A stretch of 55,855 nucleotides of DNA, filler included, from Catajapyx aquilonaris (Eukaryota), in the NCBI GenBank assembly GCA_000934665.2. It is 2 parts of 2 records of this genome, joined end to end, with 100 filler letters (N's around TTAATTAATTAA, not from the genome) between each part and the next. Parts side by side here need not be neighbours in the genome. Positions count along the whole stretch, not along the records: positions 1 to 27,882 come from JYFJ02004984.1; 1 more part is not named here. One strand, written 5' to 3'. The position numbers were made by a program, and so were the translations under genes. The notes beneath the pieces were generated by a model, which saw nothing but the letters and a program-made list of their open reading frames with translations, had not been told where the DNA came from and made no database searches. This document shows, piece by piece, positions 1 through 12,200 of this stretch (its first letter is position 1; the number at the start of each line of letters is the position of its first letter).

Positions 1-50
1 AGAGGGAGAGAGAGAGAGGGAGAGAGAGAGAGGAGGGAAGGAGGGAGGGA
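1..50. repeat. (GA)n / purine-rich microsatellite, truncated by the window start
   Basis: agagggagagagagagagggagagagagagaggagggaagg. Confidence 0.9.
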
Positions 51-3000
51 TATGGTTTCCAGGGCAACTGAACAGCATTATTAGAACACAGGGGGCCAAC
101 TTCCAAAGTCCTTTACGCCTCCTGTGGCCAAGGATGACCTCGGAGATCAATTCCAATGTGCTTATGACATTCCCAGTAAAAAACTACCCCTAGTGAAACC
201 CCTGGGGCATATGTCGGGGCCTCCGTACGGATTTGCATAGCGAATAACAGGAGAGACAGACATACGTCTAGAAATATGTATTAGATAGAATATTCTCTTA
301 GGTTGAAAGGAGAGGTTTCAGCATCGCCTTTAAATTAATGCCATGCTGGGAAGGTCAATCTTGAAACATATGCAATGCGTGTCGAGGATTCGAAGGATGA
401 ATAGTAAGCGTGAAACGAGCCTTAATGACCATGCAAAATGAAATGTCAATACAATAATAATTCCTGGAGAGAGCGCGTGGGCTAAACACAGTCCACACCT
501 TTCTGCAACATCTGACGTTGCATAATATCGCAAAATCTGGGTGCAAAACCATGGACAATTTCGAGGGGGGCCGGTCTTATATTATACGATATTGACGGGT
601 TCTATAATTATTTTCCAGTTGTTGTTGAGTGTGAGGGAAGTATAGTATACTTGCAATGCATGCAATTAGTCCCTCGAAATCACGGGTCGTTTGATGTTAT
701 ATGGACGTTTGCAGAATGCGGTTTTGCATTTGGTCACGTTGTTTCGGCGGGCTTAAAATCCCCGGAGTGCTGCACGCGTGTTGTACGGCAGATCAACTTG
801 GATATAAAGTATATGGGCAGTTGTTTATTCGGGGTTCTTTTTTTTGAGGATTTGGCGCCGTTCGATTTTAACGTGAAAAAGTACACGTCCGGGGTCGCAA
901 ATTAATCTACATCATTAGGAAATGCGGAATTGACAGTGCCATTTAGAGGTAAATCATCAAACGCAATTTTGTTTCACTGCAGCTCTGTATAGACATATTA
1001 TTCAAAAAGTTTTTGTTAATCTTTTGGCATAAAAATGTATTACAGAATATTCCGGAAAACAACCCCGTACATTACATATATGCAATTTCCATAGGACATA
1101 CCGGCATGCCAACATTTTTGAGGCAAACTTAATGTTTTCTTGTAAAGTTTTGCACCCGAAACTAATGACTATGCTACGTACAGTATAATTCTACAGATTT
1201 TACATCACGCTCCACTAACATCTGCCATTACCATATATACCACAGTAATAAGTTCAAAAGGTCATTACTGTTTATTCTCATAGAGTATTTTTGGTATGTT
1301 TTATTAGCATGCACTAATTTCATATGATGAAAAATCAAATTAAGCGTAATTATTAATCCGACCAAATCTGCATATACCTAATTATGATCCAGCTATTAGC
1401 GAATTTTCATATTATGAATAATATAATTGTATGTAGGTTTGTGCTTGTTTTATGTTTAAAAAAAAGGTCTGCCAAAATCGTTGCATTTTCTTCAAGCCCA
1501 TTTTAATATTATTTTAATTAAACAGTTTTTGTTGCGATCAGATATACGCTATCATTGACAAACGCTTAAAAATTGTCAGATTTGCACCAAAGTGTCTGAA
1601 GTTGCACATAATGCAACAGACGTCTGTCTGGCAAGTTTGGGACTTATCTATTTTCTCCTAGGGGCAAGTCGTGCTCAAGCTCAACCCTTCCAGAATTCCC
1701 CAGATCCGGCTAAAACTTCCTGAGTAGAAATTATATGGAATTACATTTTCATGGAGGACATCAGTGCTAAAGCCCAAGGTCAAGATGGGGATCTAAAGTT
1801 TACGTGGTTCGCACCTCGTTTACATGGATCAAAACTAGCTGTTACAATTAGTTTAGCTGAGCGGGAGAAAAGCAAGAGTCTCATTCCGCCATCTTTGAAC
1901 CATATAGCCCAACATTGTTCAGTAATTTTGTAGCCGTTTTGAAGGAAACAATGGGGACCGGATTATTTGCCAGGTGAGTTATGGACGCAACAAAGGATAG
2001 ATTTTCCTTACTTGGTATTCATGGTGGATGAAAATTATTTACAGGGTGCTGCATCTTAACATCATTTCTGTTAGGGATGATAAATACTGCACAACAAACG
2101 CAGGATGCCATAATTGTGAAGGAAACACCGGTAGATCCATCTCTCCTTGAAGGAAGTTCATTGCGAGAGGAATGCTAATTATTATGTCAAAACGGGCAAC
2201 TTCGTTTGACATTTAATGTCACAATGGCTTGCATAACAAATTATTGGCAGTTGAAAGAGCGGATGTGTTTTTATGCAGAGTTCATTTCTCATTTCGGGTT
2301 GGAAATTTGCGAATCCATAGTTTGTCTGGAAATTGCTTTCGATCTCTCCACTTGGCAGATAATCACGTTTGCATCCGACAGCAGTTATACACATGGATTT
2401 TTTTAAAAGTATGTAGTTACATTTTCAAGTGTGATGCTATGCCAGGTTCAACTGACATTTCACGTCGCATTTCCGTCTATTTATATTGCATAACAATGGA
2501 AACCACGACTCCAACTTTAGAGTCTTCCTAGAAAATTAATTCGTTCTATTTTTCACGACTTGCAATCCTACCTCCGTTTTAATCACACCTAAGTGCCAGG
2601 AAAACTAACTCCTGTTAGTGTGGTTCCAGCACAATCACGACCTGGTGTTTCCAGCACTTTAGAATTTGACCTACCTGAGGTTTCCTTTTGTGATACTGTG
2701 TCACAAAAGGGGCGCGCCAGTAAAACAAACACTTCGCCGAACTCGAAAATTACTGTTCATATCGCTTTTGAATAAGTCCACCTCCGCTAAATAACCAGCC
2801 GGACGATGACCCTTTTTTTAAAAAATATATATACCGCCTGACCTGAGCAATGAAAAAGCTATTTAATATGCTGCCGATTGTTGCTCTACACTCATTGTTT
2901 CTTAGTGGGAGGTGAACAACTTGCGACGGGGGACCTTTAGAAAAACCGCAGATTAAATTTTGGGCGGAAGTGGATGAAAGTTGCGACTTTCATGGTACTT

Positions 3001-6000
3001 GCCAGCTTCAGGAATAATCACTTTTGCTCGAGCAGAGTTCCGAAGGTGGAATGACCCTGACGCAATTTCCGCAACTTGTAACTTCCAGGGGGTTCGTATC
3101 TAATTAATTGCTGCGTGCCTTTACTCCGATGCAAAACGGATTCATGCGGAAGTTGAGGTTGAATATAATTGATAATACTTAAAATCTTGTCGCCTATACA
3201 AGTTTTCGTGCCAATCCTGATTTTAGGGGCGAGGAGAACTTTGGTAATATAATTGTGACCTTGACTTACATATAGCTGGTGATGATGGTAAGATAATAGC
3301 GTTACAGATTTTGCAGAAGCATACTTTCTGTTGTAAAAAATAAATAATAATTCTGGTCCTTTGCTTGAGAACTATGCAATATCGGAATTTCCTGCTGTAC
3401 ATAGGATAATTACGTCGGGGATTAAACTCGAGGCCTTAGAAGCGTCAAGTCCATTCAGACTCCAGCAACATCCTTGCCTGGATTATCCTCCTGATATTGT
3501 TCCTGTGGCAAATTAACTGAAGCTTCTTAAGTGGCCTTAGAAGTGAGACTTACGTAATCCACCCTGATTATTTCCAGTCTTGCAGTGGAACCAACAATAT
3601 TTTACTGGGACAATGACTCTCAGTGACATTCGTCAAATTTCTGTAATTTTTCTTTGAGCCTGATCAAACATTCTTAATAAAATTCACTATTTTTGCTAAA
3701 CTAGCAGCATCAAGTAAGTGAACGCCAACCCTCTACTAAAACTCAGAGAGATAATAGGCTCGACAAGACCTGTAGGTGTCATGGCTGATATGTATGATAA
3801 TTTCCTTAGTACGTTGTGTCAAAAGCATGACGTGGCTACTCTCTTATCTCCCCAAGTTGTCTCGTTTGGATTTCCATAAAGTGGGGATGGCATTCATGTG
3901 GGTCTGTTTTTGAAAAATGGATCCAACTTTTGACATCAGATGAAATGGTTTAAAATCAGTTAAAGGTTACATATATGTTTAAATTTAATGATTAGTAAGT
4001 TGTAGCACACTGTATAATTATTAAAATTATTAAGGTCAAAGGAAAGCTCACAATAGTTTTTAAGCGGATATAGTCTACGCGGAACATCCGCAGATGAAGG
4101 AAAACGACTACTTGAGGGTTAAATTGAAATTAATTAACAAGTGCACTTGAGAAACTTGTAACATTAACGCGCCTGTTTGCCAAAGCACCTGAAGTTTTTA
4201 CAGCACCTAAGTATATATAGGCTTACACACCTGATTCACAAAGGCTGGCAGAAAGGTGAGCCGGTCCGTAAGAATCAAGTGTCATAACAATCCAATACGT
4301 ATCCATCAAACATCTGCCCTTGTTTACAGGGTGCAATGGTATTTCAAAGGTTATATCTGGCCGTATAATTTTTGAGAGCAATGTTATTTCCAGGCTGTCC
4401 CACCCACCTCTTTTGTCTGAGGTTACCAGGAACGGGTTTGATTCTCTCTGCAGGAGTTTCATCAACGAAAATAACAATCTCCTCGTATACTTGCTGGCCA
4501 CAAAAGTCACGCCAAACTATTCACAGAAATATACGTGCCACTGATAAGCAAAAGGGAGCACTGCTGTGTTGGCAAAATACCTCACTGTTAATAATTTTGA
4601 AAATAAATTAATAAAATGTTGTAGTAAGCTACCAACAATATGAGAAATGTCGTTACGTGATAAAACTGATCAAAAATTGGGAACAAATGTGTTCTTTGAA
4701 GTGAGCAGTGCATATTTCGTGAGAAATCGACAGTTGTGTGTGTGCGCGCCGAAACTGCGAGGTTAATTAATACTGTGCGACCAGAACAGAATCTTTTGTC
4801 TTCACATCACGTCAAAACTCGATTTCCAACCCGGTGAATGAATCCCAGTTCGTCTAGTATTATTCAGTTTGTAGATTTCTCTATATATCCCTTTCTCTTT
4901 AATTCAGACAGCGTAACCAGCAGACATTCTGAGCATGTGGACAGTATAACGATTACCTATTCTCTCTGTAGTGCGGTTTTCCGGTGTAACATCGGATGGC
5001 TAAAAAAACTAATCACGCAGTTCCGCCAAAGTGGATGGGAAAGGAATGCGAATATTTCTGGAATTATGTCACTGCTTGGAAACATTTTTTGGGGGGGATA
5101 AACGAGTCAATATTTATTGTCTGAAAATTCATAAGCGGCTAAATACCATTGCGGGTCAAGGTTGGGATTGTTATATACATGAAGCCGTTTTTGAATGAGG
5201 ATGAATAATCATGAAGTGATTAATGCACAATGATAATTGTGTAAAAGAGTCACCATTGCATGTGACAGCTATTATATCGGTTGCCATGACCGTATTGGGC
5301 AAGATTGGTTTGATATGTGATGGTCAATATTAATCAATAATTATTACAGTAAATCTGCATAGGAAAAGTGGATGCACAAGTTGATTGCTTTGTAGTTACA
5401 GTGTAGTTTGTTAAATAGCCATTGGCGCCATTACACCCACGCCAAATCATCACGAGGCGTGCTCGTGAATATTAGATTTTCGATACATATTTCACACAAA
5501 ATAATTATTAGCAAGTTTTTCCAAGGGTTACAATTGATTTTGTGAACGGTATTCGTATAATTTATGCTCATTATATTCATAGAAGAATTAGACTTAAAGA
5601 TATTAAACTCACTTTCTTGCATACCAAATTTTGCCATATTTTAAATGATTTCTGGTATACACTATGCAGAAGTTGCTCAAACATTGACATTTTCAATACC
5701 TTTATGAAAAATATTCTTTGAGATTTAACTATGGAAATTCCAATTTCGTGTCTCATTTTGGCCTGCATCTGTTGCATTACGTAATTCGCCGTTAGGTCTG
5801 AAATCACAAAACTTGGAAAAGGGGATTTCATCATATATTTTCGCTTTTTCTTGATCTCAAAGGATGATGGCTGCCAAATCTACTTTTATGGCAAAAGGCG
5901 CGAGTTGAAAATTGGCCAAATTAACTTCCTCTAGCAAAAGGTCACGATCACAAAGAGATGTTGAGGTCCCCTCAACAAAAAAAAAAACTCATGCAGGAAA

Positions 6001-8578
6001 AGAATAAAAGTTTTGAATATACGAAAAGACTCAGGGTCCGGACTTAAATTTCAATTATTTTGGCATTTTTAATGCCCCGTGAAACCCGTTTTACCTGCCG
6101 AATTTAAACCCATAGCTTTCTCCCAGCGGACATATTAAATAGTTGGAACTGTGGGATTCGTCCTATTTTATTAATAAAGCACAAGTGTCTCTTTGGAGCA
6201 TTGCCGTGTTCCTCATTTTTTTTAACGACATAGCATAGTACACACTAAAATTGGATTTACATTTGGGCACTTTTGAAGAATCTCGGAAAATGAATTTTTA
6301 AAAAAAAATTAGCCAGGAAGTTTGTTGGATTTCCGAGACTTTGCATTAGTGACATGAAAGGAAGGCAATAAGTTATGCAGATTTTAATTCCCAGGCTCTG
6401 AACTGAAGCCTAAAGCCGCTTTTCTAACTCATGCCTATTCAACAGGTTCCTCTTTCTCTTTTTTTTGAACAGAGTAGACCGGATAAATGATGTACCAGAG
6501 CACGAAATTGTGGGTGGAAAAAAGGTGGGAGGGATTGACCATTTCATTAAAACTTCAACCTTTTTTCTCTCTCTCCCTCCCCCCTCTCTCCCAATCCGTT
6601 TTGTTCCCACCTTTGAACTAGTTTACAACCTTGTTTAGTCATTACTCAGACTCCTAGAAATGTGGGCTAGTGAAACAACACTGTTGTGGGCCATATTGCC
6701 CAAATCCCTAGTTCATGGCTTTAAATTGATTGAGTTTCCTTCCTTTGTAGTTCCTTCTCTTTTCTTGCCAAAAAAATCCACATTCGTTTAGAAAAGTAAC
6801 TGTCTGAACAGCACTGACCTCTTGGACGACACCTCACAGGTCAATAGAGTTGCGTGATCTAAGTGTCGTAGTGTCACTGGAATGTGCGCTTCCAGAAAAA
6901 GCCTGTGTATAATTATTAACCCGGCTTGTCGAGCCTAGGATATATTGACACGACGGTCACTGAACCTATTCATTATATTTTTATTTGGCCTGTTGCGTTT
7001 TATTACTGTGTTCAATTTGAGCACGCACCTAGTTCTCTTAGCAAATTGGAAACACGATTCCTGGAGAATATTTAAGAGGAACATTGCAGGGGATGAAATG
7101 GGGGGCTGCCATATACGATGTGGACTGTCAGCAGGCCACAGGCGACACCATTTTTACCCCGGAAAAGTGTGTCACATAAAACAATGACACTTGACTTCAT
7201 GCTCACTTTTAGAAGACCAACGATTGCACAGTGCGTACTTTCCTTTCACTCATTACAGCCCCTCTGGTGTCTTGGGATAATCATGTGCTGTGGTCGTTTT
7301 GTACAAACCACGTAGCCATAATTAAGTTATGTGAGTATAGGCCTGCATGGCCACTCCTGTAATGCTCTCTTCCCACCTACAGCCAGAATTATTGTGCTAT
7401 GGCATCATGATGGGTGAAGAGCAAAATTTGATCAGCCATTTTTTCTGCTAATTTTTCATACAACGACAGGATGCACTTACCTAATTACTATAGAACGGTA
7501 ATATTCCTATCGTAGTTAAGTGAACAGAATGTGCGCTGCATTTTCCATAAATGTAGTTAGCTAATTCTTCACCTTTTTTTTCCTGATTACCTGTGCTTAT
7601 AATTTTATCGGGGGCGAAATTTCAATATCACATTATGATTTTAATTTTCCTCGTCATTTCAGGAGGCACAATTTCTGTGAAAAGCTGTATATTTTTTAAA
7701 TAGAATTGTATTGCCATCCTGGAGTGGCTGTTCATTCGCCTAACAGCTCTAATAATAGGTGCAGTCCGATAATATATCCGCCTTGTTTCGTGATCTTGTC
7801 GCCTTTTGCATTATTGACTTGTATTAAATCGATCGGTGGTGGTCAAGCCGTCATTCAGTGCTAAAATGCGTGGCTGTCGAGTGATCATTCATGACACCCA
7901 TTCTTAACCTCACACAATGGCAATCCACTCAACTCAATTTTGATCCGAACATTTTGAGTCTCACACCCATAATTCAGTCAGTCAAAACAACAAAGAACGT
8001 TGAGAGCTGCAGAGAAGGTTGTTCAGCACTTATTGTGCTATTCACACAAATATGCCGGATTTCTTAAATTGGTGCAAATCTATATAGTTTATTATCATGA
8101 CAAAATAACTATTTTAAAATATGTTATTAATTTCTTTAACATGCAGGCTTGTGCGGCATAGAACTTTGTGCTGTCCTTATTACTTCTGCATCATTTTCTC
8201 CTGTCAGAATAATGTTTGTGAGAGCTGACTTGGCCTGGTCGACTTAACATACACTGTCAGATGCGTTACTTCCCAAGCAAAAGCCGCTTTTTTTGTGCAG
8301 CTTTTGCAAGTGACTTTTAGTTTACACATAACCTCAATATATTGTGGTGCAACATTGTTATTTAACATGTACAATCAGAAGTAAAATTTTCATGCAAAGC
8401 AAAGAATTTATTGTTTCCAGTATTTCCAGGTACTACTGCATCGTGATATGTAACCTAGAGGTTAAAAAGCCAGATGAAAATTAACCACAACAGAGTGAGG
8501 TTAACTCTAGTCCCTAGTAACGTATAACTTCTTAAGTAATAAAATGTATAGCCTACGAAATAGTTTTTTGAATGTCAA

Positions 8579-8866
8579 CCCTTAGGTAACGATGAGGTGG
8601 ACGACTTTTCAATTAGAATTTCTATTGAATTGAATTCACTCCATGGAATATTTTTAAACTCAGCAACGATTCACATTTTTGCGCGAATTTTTGGCTTGCT
8701 TGTTACGTATTTGGAATGATAACAATTATAAATATATTCTTGTAATTATCCCGAAAAAGTACAATCAATTGTACTCGTTACTGATTAAAAATATACCAAG
8801 GGTATGAATTCAATTTTGATAGAAATTCTCATTAAAAAGTGTCCCACCTCACTGTATACCTAATGG
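8579..8866. mobile_element. Old, degenerate MITE with ~90-bp imperfect TIRs, possibly piggyBac-type
   Basis: Left arm CCCTTAGGTAACGATGAGGTGGACGACTTTTCAATTAGAATTTCTATTGAATTGAATTCA aligns to the reverse complement of the right arm (CCATTAGGTATACAGTGAGGTGGGACACTTTTTAATGAGAATTTCTATCAAAATTGAATTCA). Flanks are TCAA (8575-8578) and TTAA (8867-8870), consistent with a decayed TTAA TSD. Confidence 0.65.
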
Positions 8867-9088
8867 TTAATTACACTTCCTCCAAAGTTTAACCTAACCC
8901 CCTACATAGTCACAAGTGACACCTGCACCACCCTCAAACAAAGTACATTTTCTCCCCCCTCGCAAAAGTTTTTTTTTTTAAATAGTAAAGGTGGTGCATG
9001 TAATCCGGGTGGTCCGGGATTGGTTGCACCGTGCATAAGCGTAGGCCGGTTACCACCAACTCTGGATTTACGCAAGCGACTCCCTGTG

Positions 9089-9115
9089 CCAATGCGCATC
9101 TCCTCGCTATATAAG
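9089..9115 (+). promoter_or_regulatory. Core promoter of the DH31 gene: CCAAT box and TATA box
   Basis: CCAAT at 9089-9093 and TATATAAG at 9108-9115 in a locally GC-richer segment, ~100 bp upstream of a consensus splice donor CAG|GTAAGT at 9209/9210. Confidence 0.65.
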
Positions 9116-9137
9116 AGCCAACTTCAAATTTGCGCCC

Positions 9138-9209
9138 TTGCCTGAGACATTTGGGACGTCGGGATCACCCCAACCAGCACGGCAAAAACTATCGTTTTCT
9201 CTGTCCCAG
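9138..9209 (+). other. Dh31: Probable non-coding first exon (5' UTR) of DH31; start is approximate
   Basis: Begins ~30 nt after the TATA box start, contains no ATG, and ends at the perfect donor CCCAG|GTAAGT. Coding exon 2 starts at an acceptor 28 nt upstream of the ATG, so an upstream exon is expected. The link between the two is inferred. Confidence 0.55.
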
Positions 9210-12200
9210 GTAAGTCACATTCACATATTCAACTCAACTTATATATAAACCCTAGGGTTTGGTATATCCATTGCATCTTTTGTATATATTGCTATAGCTA
9301 AGTGATGTATTGATTGGGAAGTTTATAAACCGGGGGTGTTGATATCGCGTGACCTCCGGACTGTCGATACTTGTGATTGAATCGGAACCCTTAGGGGGCA
9401 GGGAGGGGGAAAAGTGAGAGATTTATATAAACTGCTGGGTGTGCATCATGATGATATATGATGTGGGTAGACTAATATCTGATTTGGATGTAAGGCATTA
9501 ATTTATTTGCTCTTGGCTGTCATTTTATTATCTCAGATCCCTCATTCTTTGACAGATGTAATGCTAAAAGTAATGTGAAAAAATTATTGATCAAACTTAT
9601 TGTATAAAATATCTTAACGCGTTTGCAAGTTGCGGAGATTCCAACAGCGTGCCTAAAATTTCCCTAATTAATCCATTCAAATGTGGAAATTAATTAGTTG
9701 CCTTTTCAGTGTTTTTGGGGGTTTGCAACCGCAGTTACAATGCGCCGGATTAATTATTATTAACCGCACTGTTAACGGGCGCATAAAAGCGAACAATATT
9801 TTCTGGGTGATCTTTATCCCCCTCAGTATAGACATCGGGATTTAAACCGCCCCGTCAATAAACCTGTTGCTTTGACTGGCAATTATGACGCTCTGTACAA
9901 ACATCCGAGAGGATTAAAGTGAGCTAGGACATCAATTTGCTGCAGGGGGAAACATTTTAATGCACATTATCGGCATTGTTGACGATGAATTTTTATCAAC
10001 TATAGATATGTTATGTGGGTCGAACATGCTTACGTCACTGAACGAGTTCTTTTCCTCTTTTCCATTCATAAAGTATAGCTCGAGTTAATTTCCGGACTTT
10101 TGCAGCATCCTACTTCTCCGAATTCTGTTTAGAACACCCCCTCATGTATGTTCGCCACAACAGGTTAAAATGCCAGTGATATTATTTTGGCTCTTGAGAA
10201 ACGTGTGGCCGAGGTGCCCCGTAATGGGCCTGCTTGGATCATAAATTTATGAGGCTTCCGATACACAACATTACGGTATGCATTAATAACACGTAGTCTG
10301 CGTTTGACGTGCGCAATGTGGAGTAATGGTGGAGTCAAAACGAAAAGGTCATATTGTGTTATGATGGTCCAATTGATGTAGGCCTATAATTTATTGAATA
10401 TTGTAATGTATTTTTTTATTTGTTACGATATAATCGGACATGACTATGGTTCTAGAGAAAAATCAGATGAAAACATATAGTGTGATCAATACACATCAAT
10501 AACAATTATTTTAAAATTAAACATAAGTCAATACGTTCATTAATTTTACAGAGAAATAATGCGACTTCAAAAATATTTCCTTTAGTTAACACACTTAACC
10601 TGGAAAATATCAGAAACATGAGCATAATAAAAAATCAATCATTAGGTTGATGTGGCGTAATTTTGGTTTTATTATCATTTCCAACTGACTATTTGCATAT
10701 CGGAAATATTTTCAACATTCCAAGCATTATTGTGCAACTGAATAACTCAATTTAACAAATGCCAAAATCTATCAACAGGAAATAAAAATGACTGGGATGC
10801 ATAATAAATTTGTTTGTGTCAAACTTAATTTAGTTACTAATAATCCGCACTATATGTACAGTACCCAAAGGATCATAACTGTAATATTGAAGATGCATAA
10901 TTATTATGATATTGTACTTGAATGAGAGATTTATTACCACAGATAAAACTATCATTAAGTTGAACTACTTGTTCTACTGTCTGTCATAAATATACTATAG
11001 GTATGTTGGCAACAAAAAAAAATATCGTGTTAAAAATCTTCAGGTAAAGAAAATGTTCTCATGGGAATCACCTGTAACCCTCTTCTCATATTTTTAAAAT
11101 TCGCGTCATGACCAGGAATATACACAGAGCAATGCATATCAATACACAATCTCTCTCCGGACAGCGGGGCAGTTCGTGAAATGTCACACAGTACACTTTT
11201 ATCAACCAGCTTTAAAAATGCATTTTTGTCACAGACAATCCTAACCCGACTTTGTTGTGGGTACGAGCATGGAAATATTGATGTACGGGACACCATTGAG
11301 GGGTGAACCACATCATATAACTCACGTCATGCACCGATGGCAATCGAAATGATGAAAAACCTCTTCGTCATAATCAATCGTACTTCAGAAATGCTTTTCA
11401 AAAAAAAAAATTGGCACTAAAACTGGTAGCAAACGGATTTTAAAATCCTAGGTACTCACTCTTTGAATAATTTATTTCTAATTGTAAAAACCATGACCTG
11501 CGTTTGATTATAGCCTCTAAATTATTGCCTACAAAATGACGTCAGTTCCAGCCTGAAATCTCTTGTGCATCGTAATACTATGCGTTATTGCAGACACTGG
11601 TTGTTTTGTACCTGAGTGGCATACTCCTGCCACGAATAACTGGAATAATCCCTCTGATTAGAATCATCTCTGGTGCTGCGGAGTACGGAATCACACAATC
11701 CATGTGGTTATACTCTCATGATGATATAAATGAAATACCAGGCCAGTGGGAATAATTCCTCGTTCCATCGCAAACGGCCTAGTGAAACGCGCAATAATGC
11801 ACGAAGCAAAAAAGGAGTAATATATTTTCCATGGGTTGGTTGGTTGGTTGGAAAAAAACATGAAAAAAATAATCTTGGGGCTACATTAGCTCAATTATCG
11901 CACCGTCCATAAAAATCTTTTTACACCGCTGGGATGTAATTAGGAAGCTTAAAAAACAGTTTTTTTTTGTATCTCTCTGGTCAGCATGCCTTCAAAAAAA
12001 ATTCCCTCCATGCCTGTGGTTTACATTGAAAAACCTGCTTTGAAATTATTTTTTCACCGAGCTATTTTCACCGCATTAAGGTCTATAACGTGTTGATCCA
12101 AGATGGCGTCGCAAAACGCAAATTTGGGACGTTAAAGCAGAGAGCGCCGAGAGCTAATTGCTCATTACCCTGTCCATACATGTTGCACTTCCATATTTAT

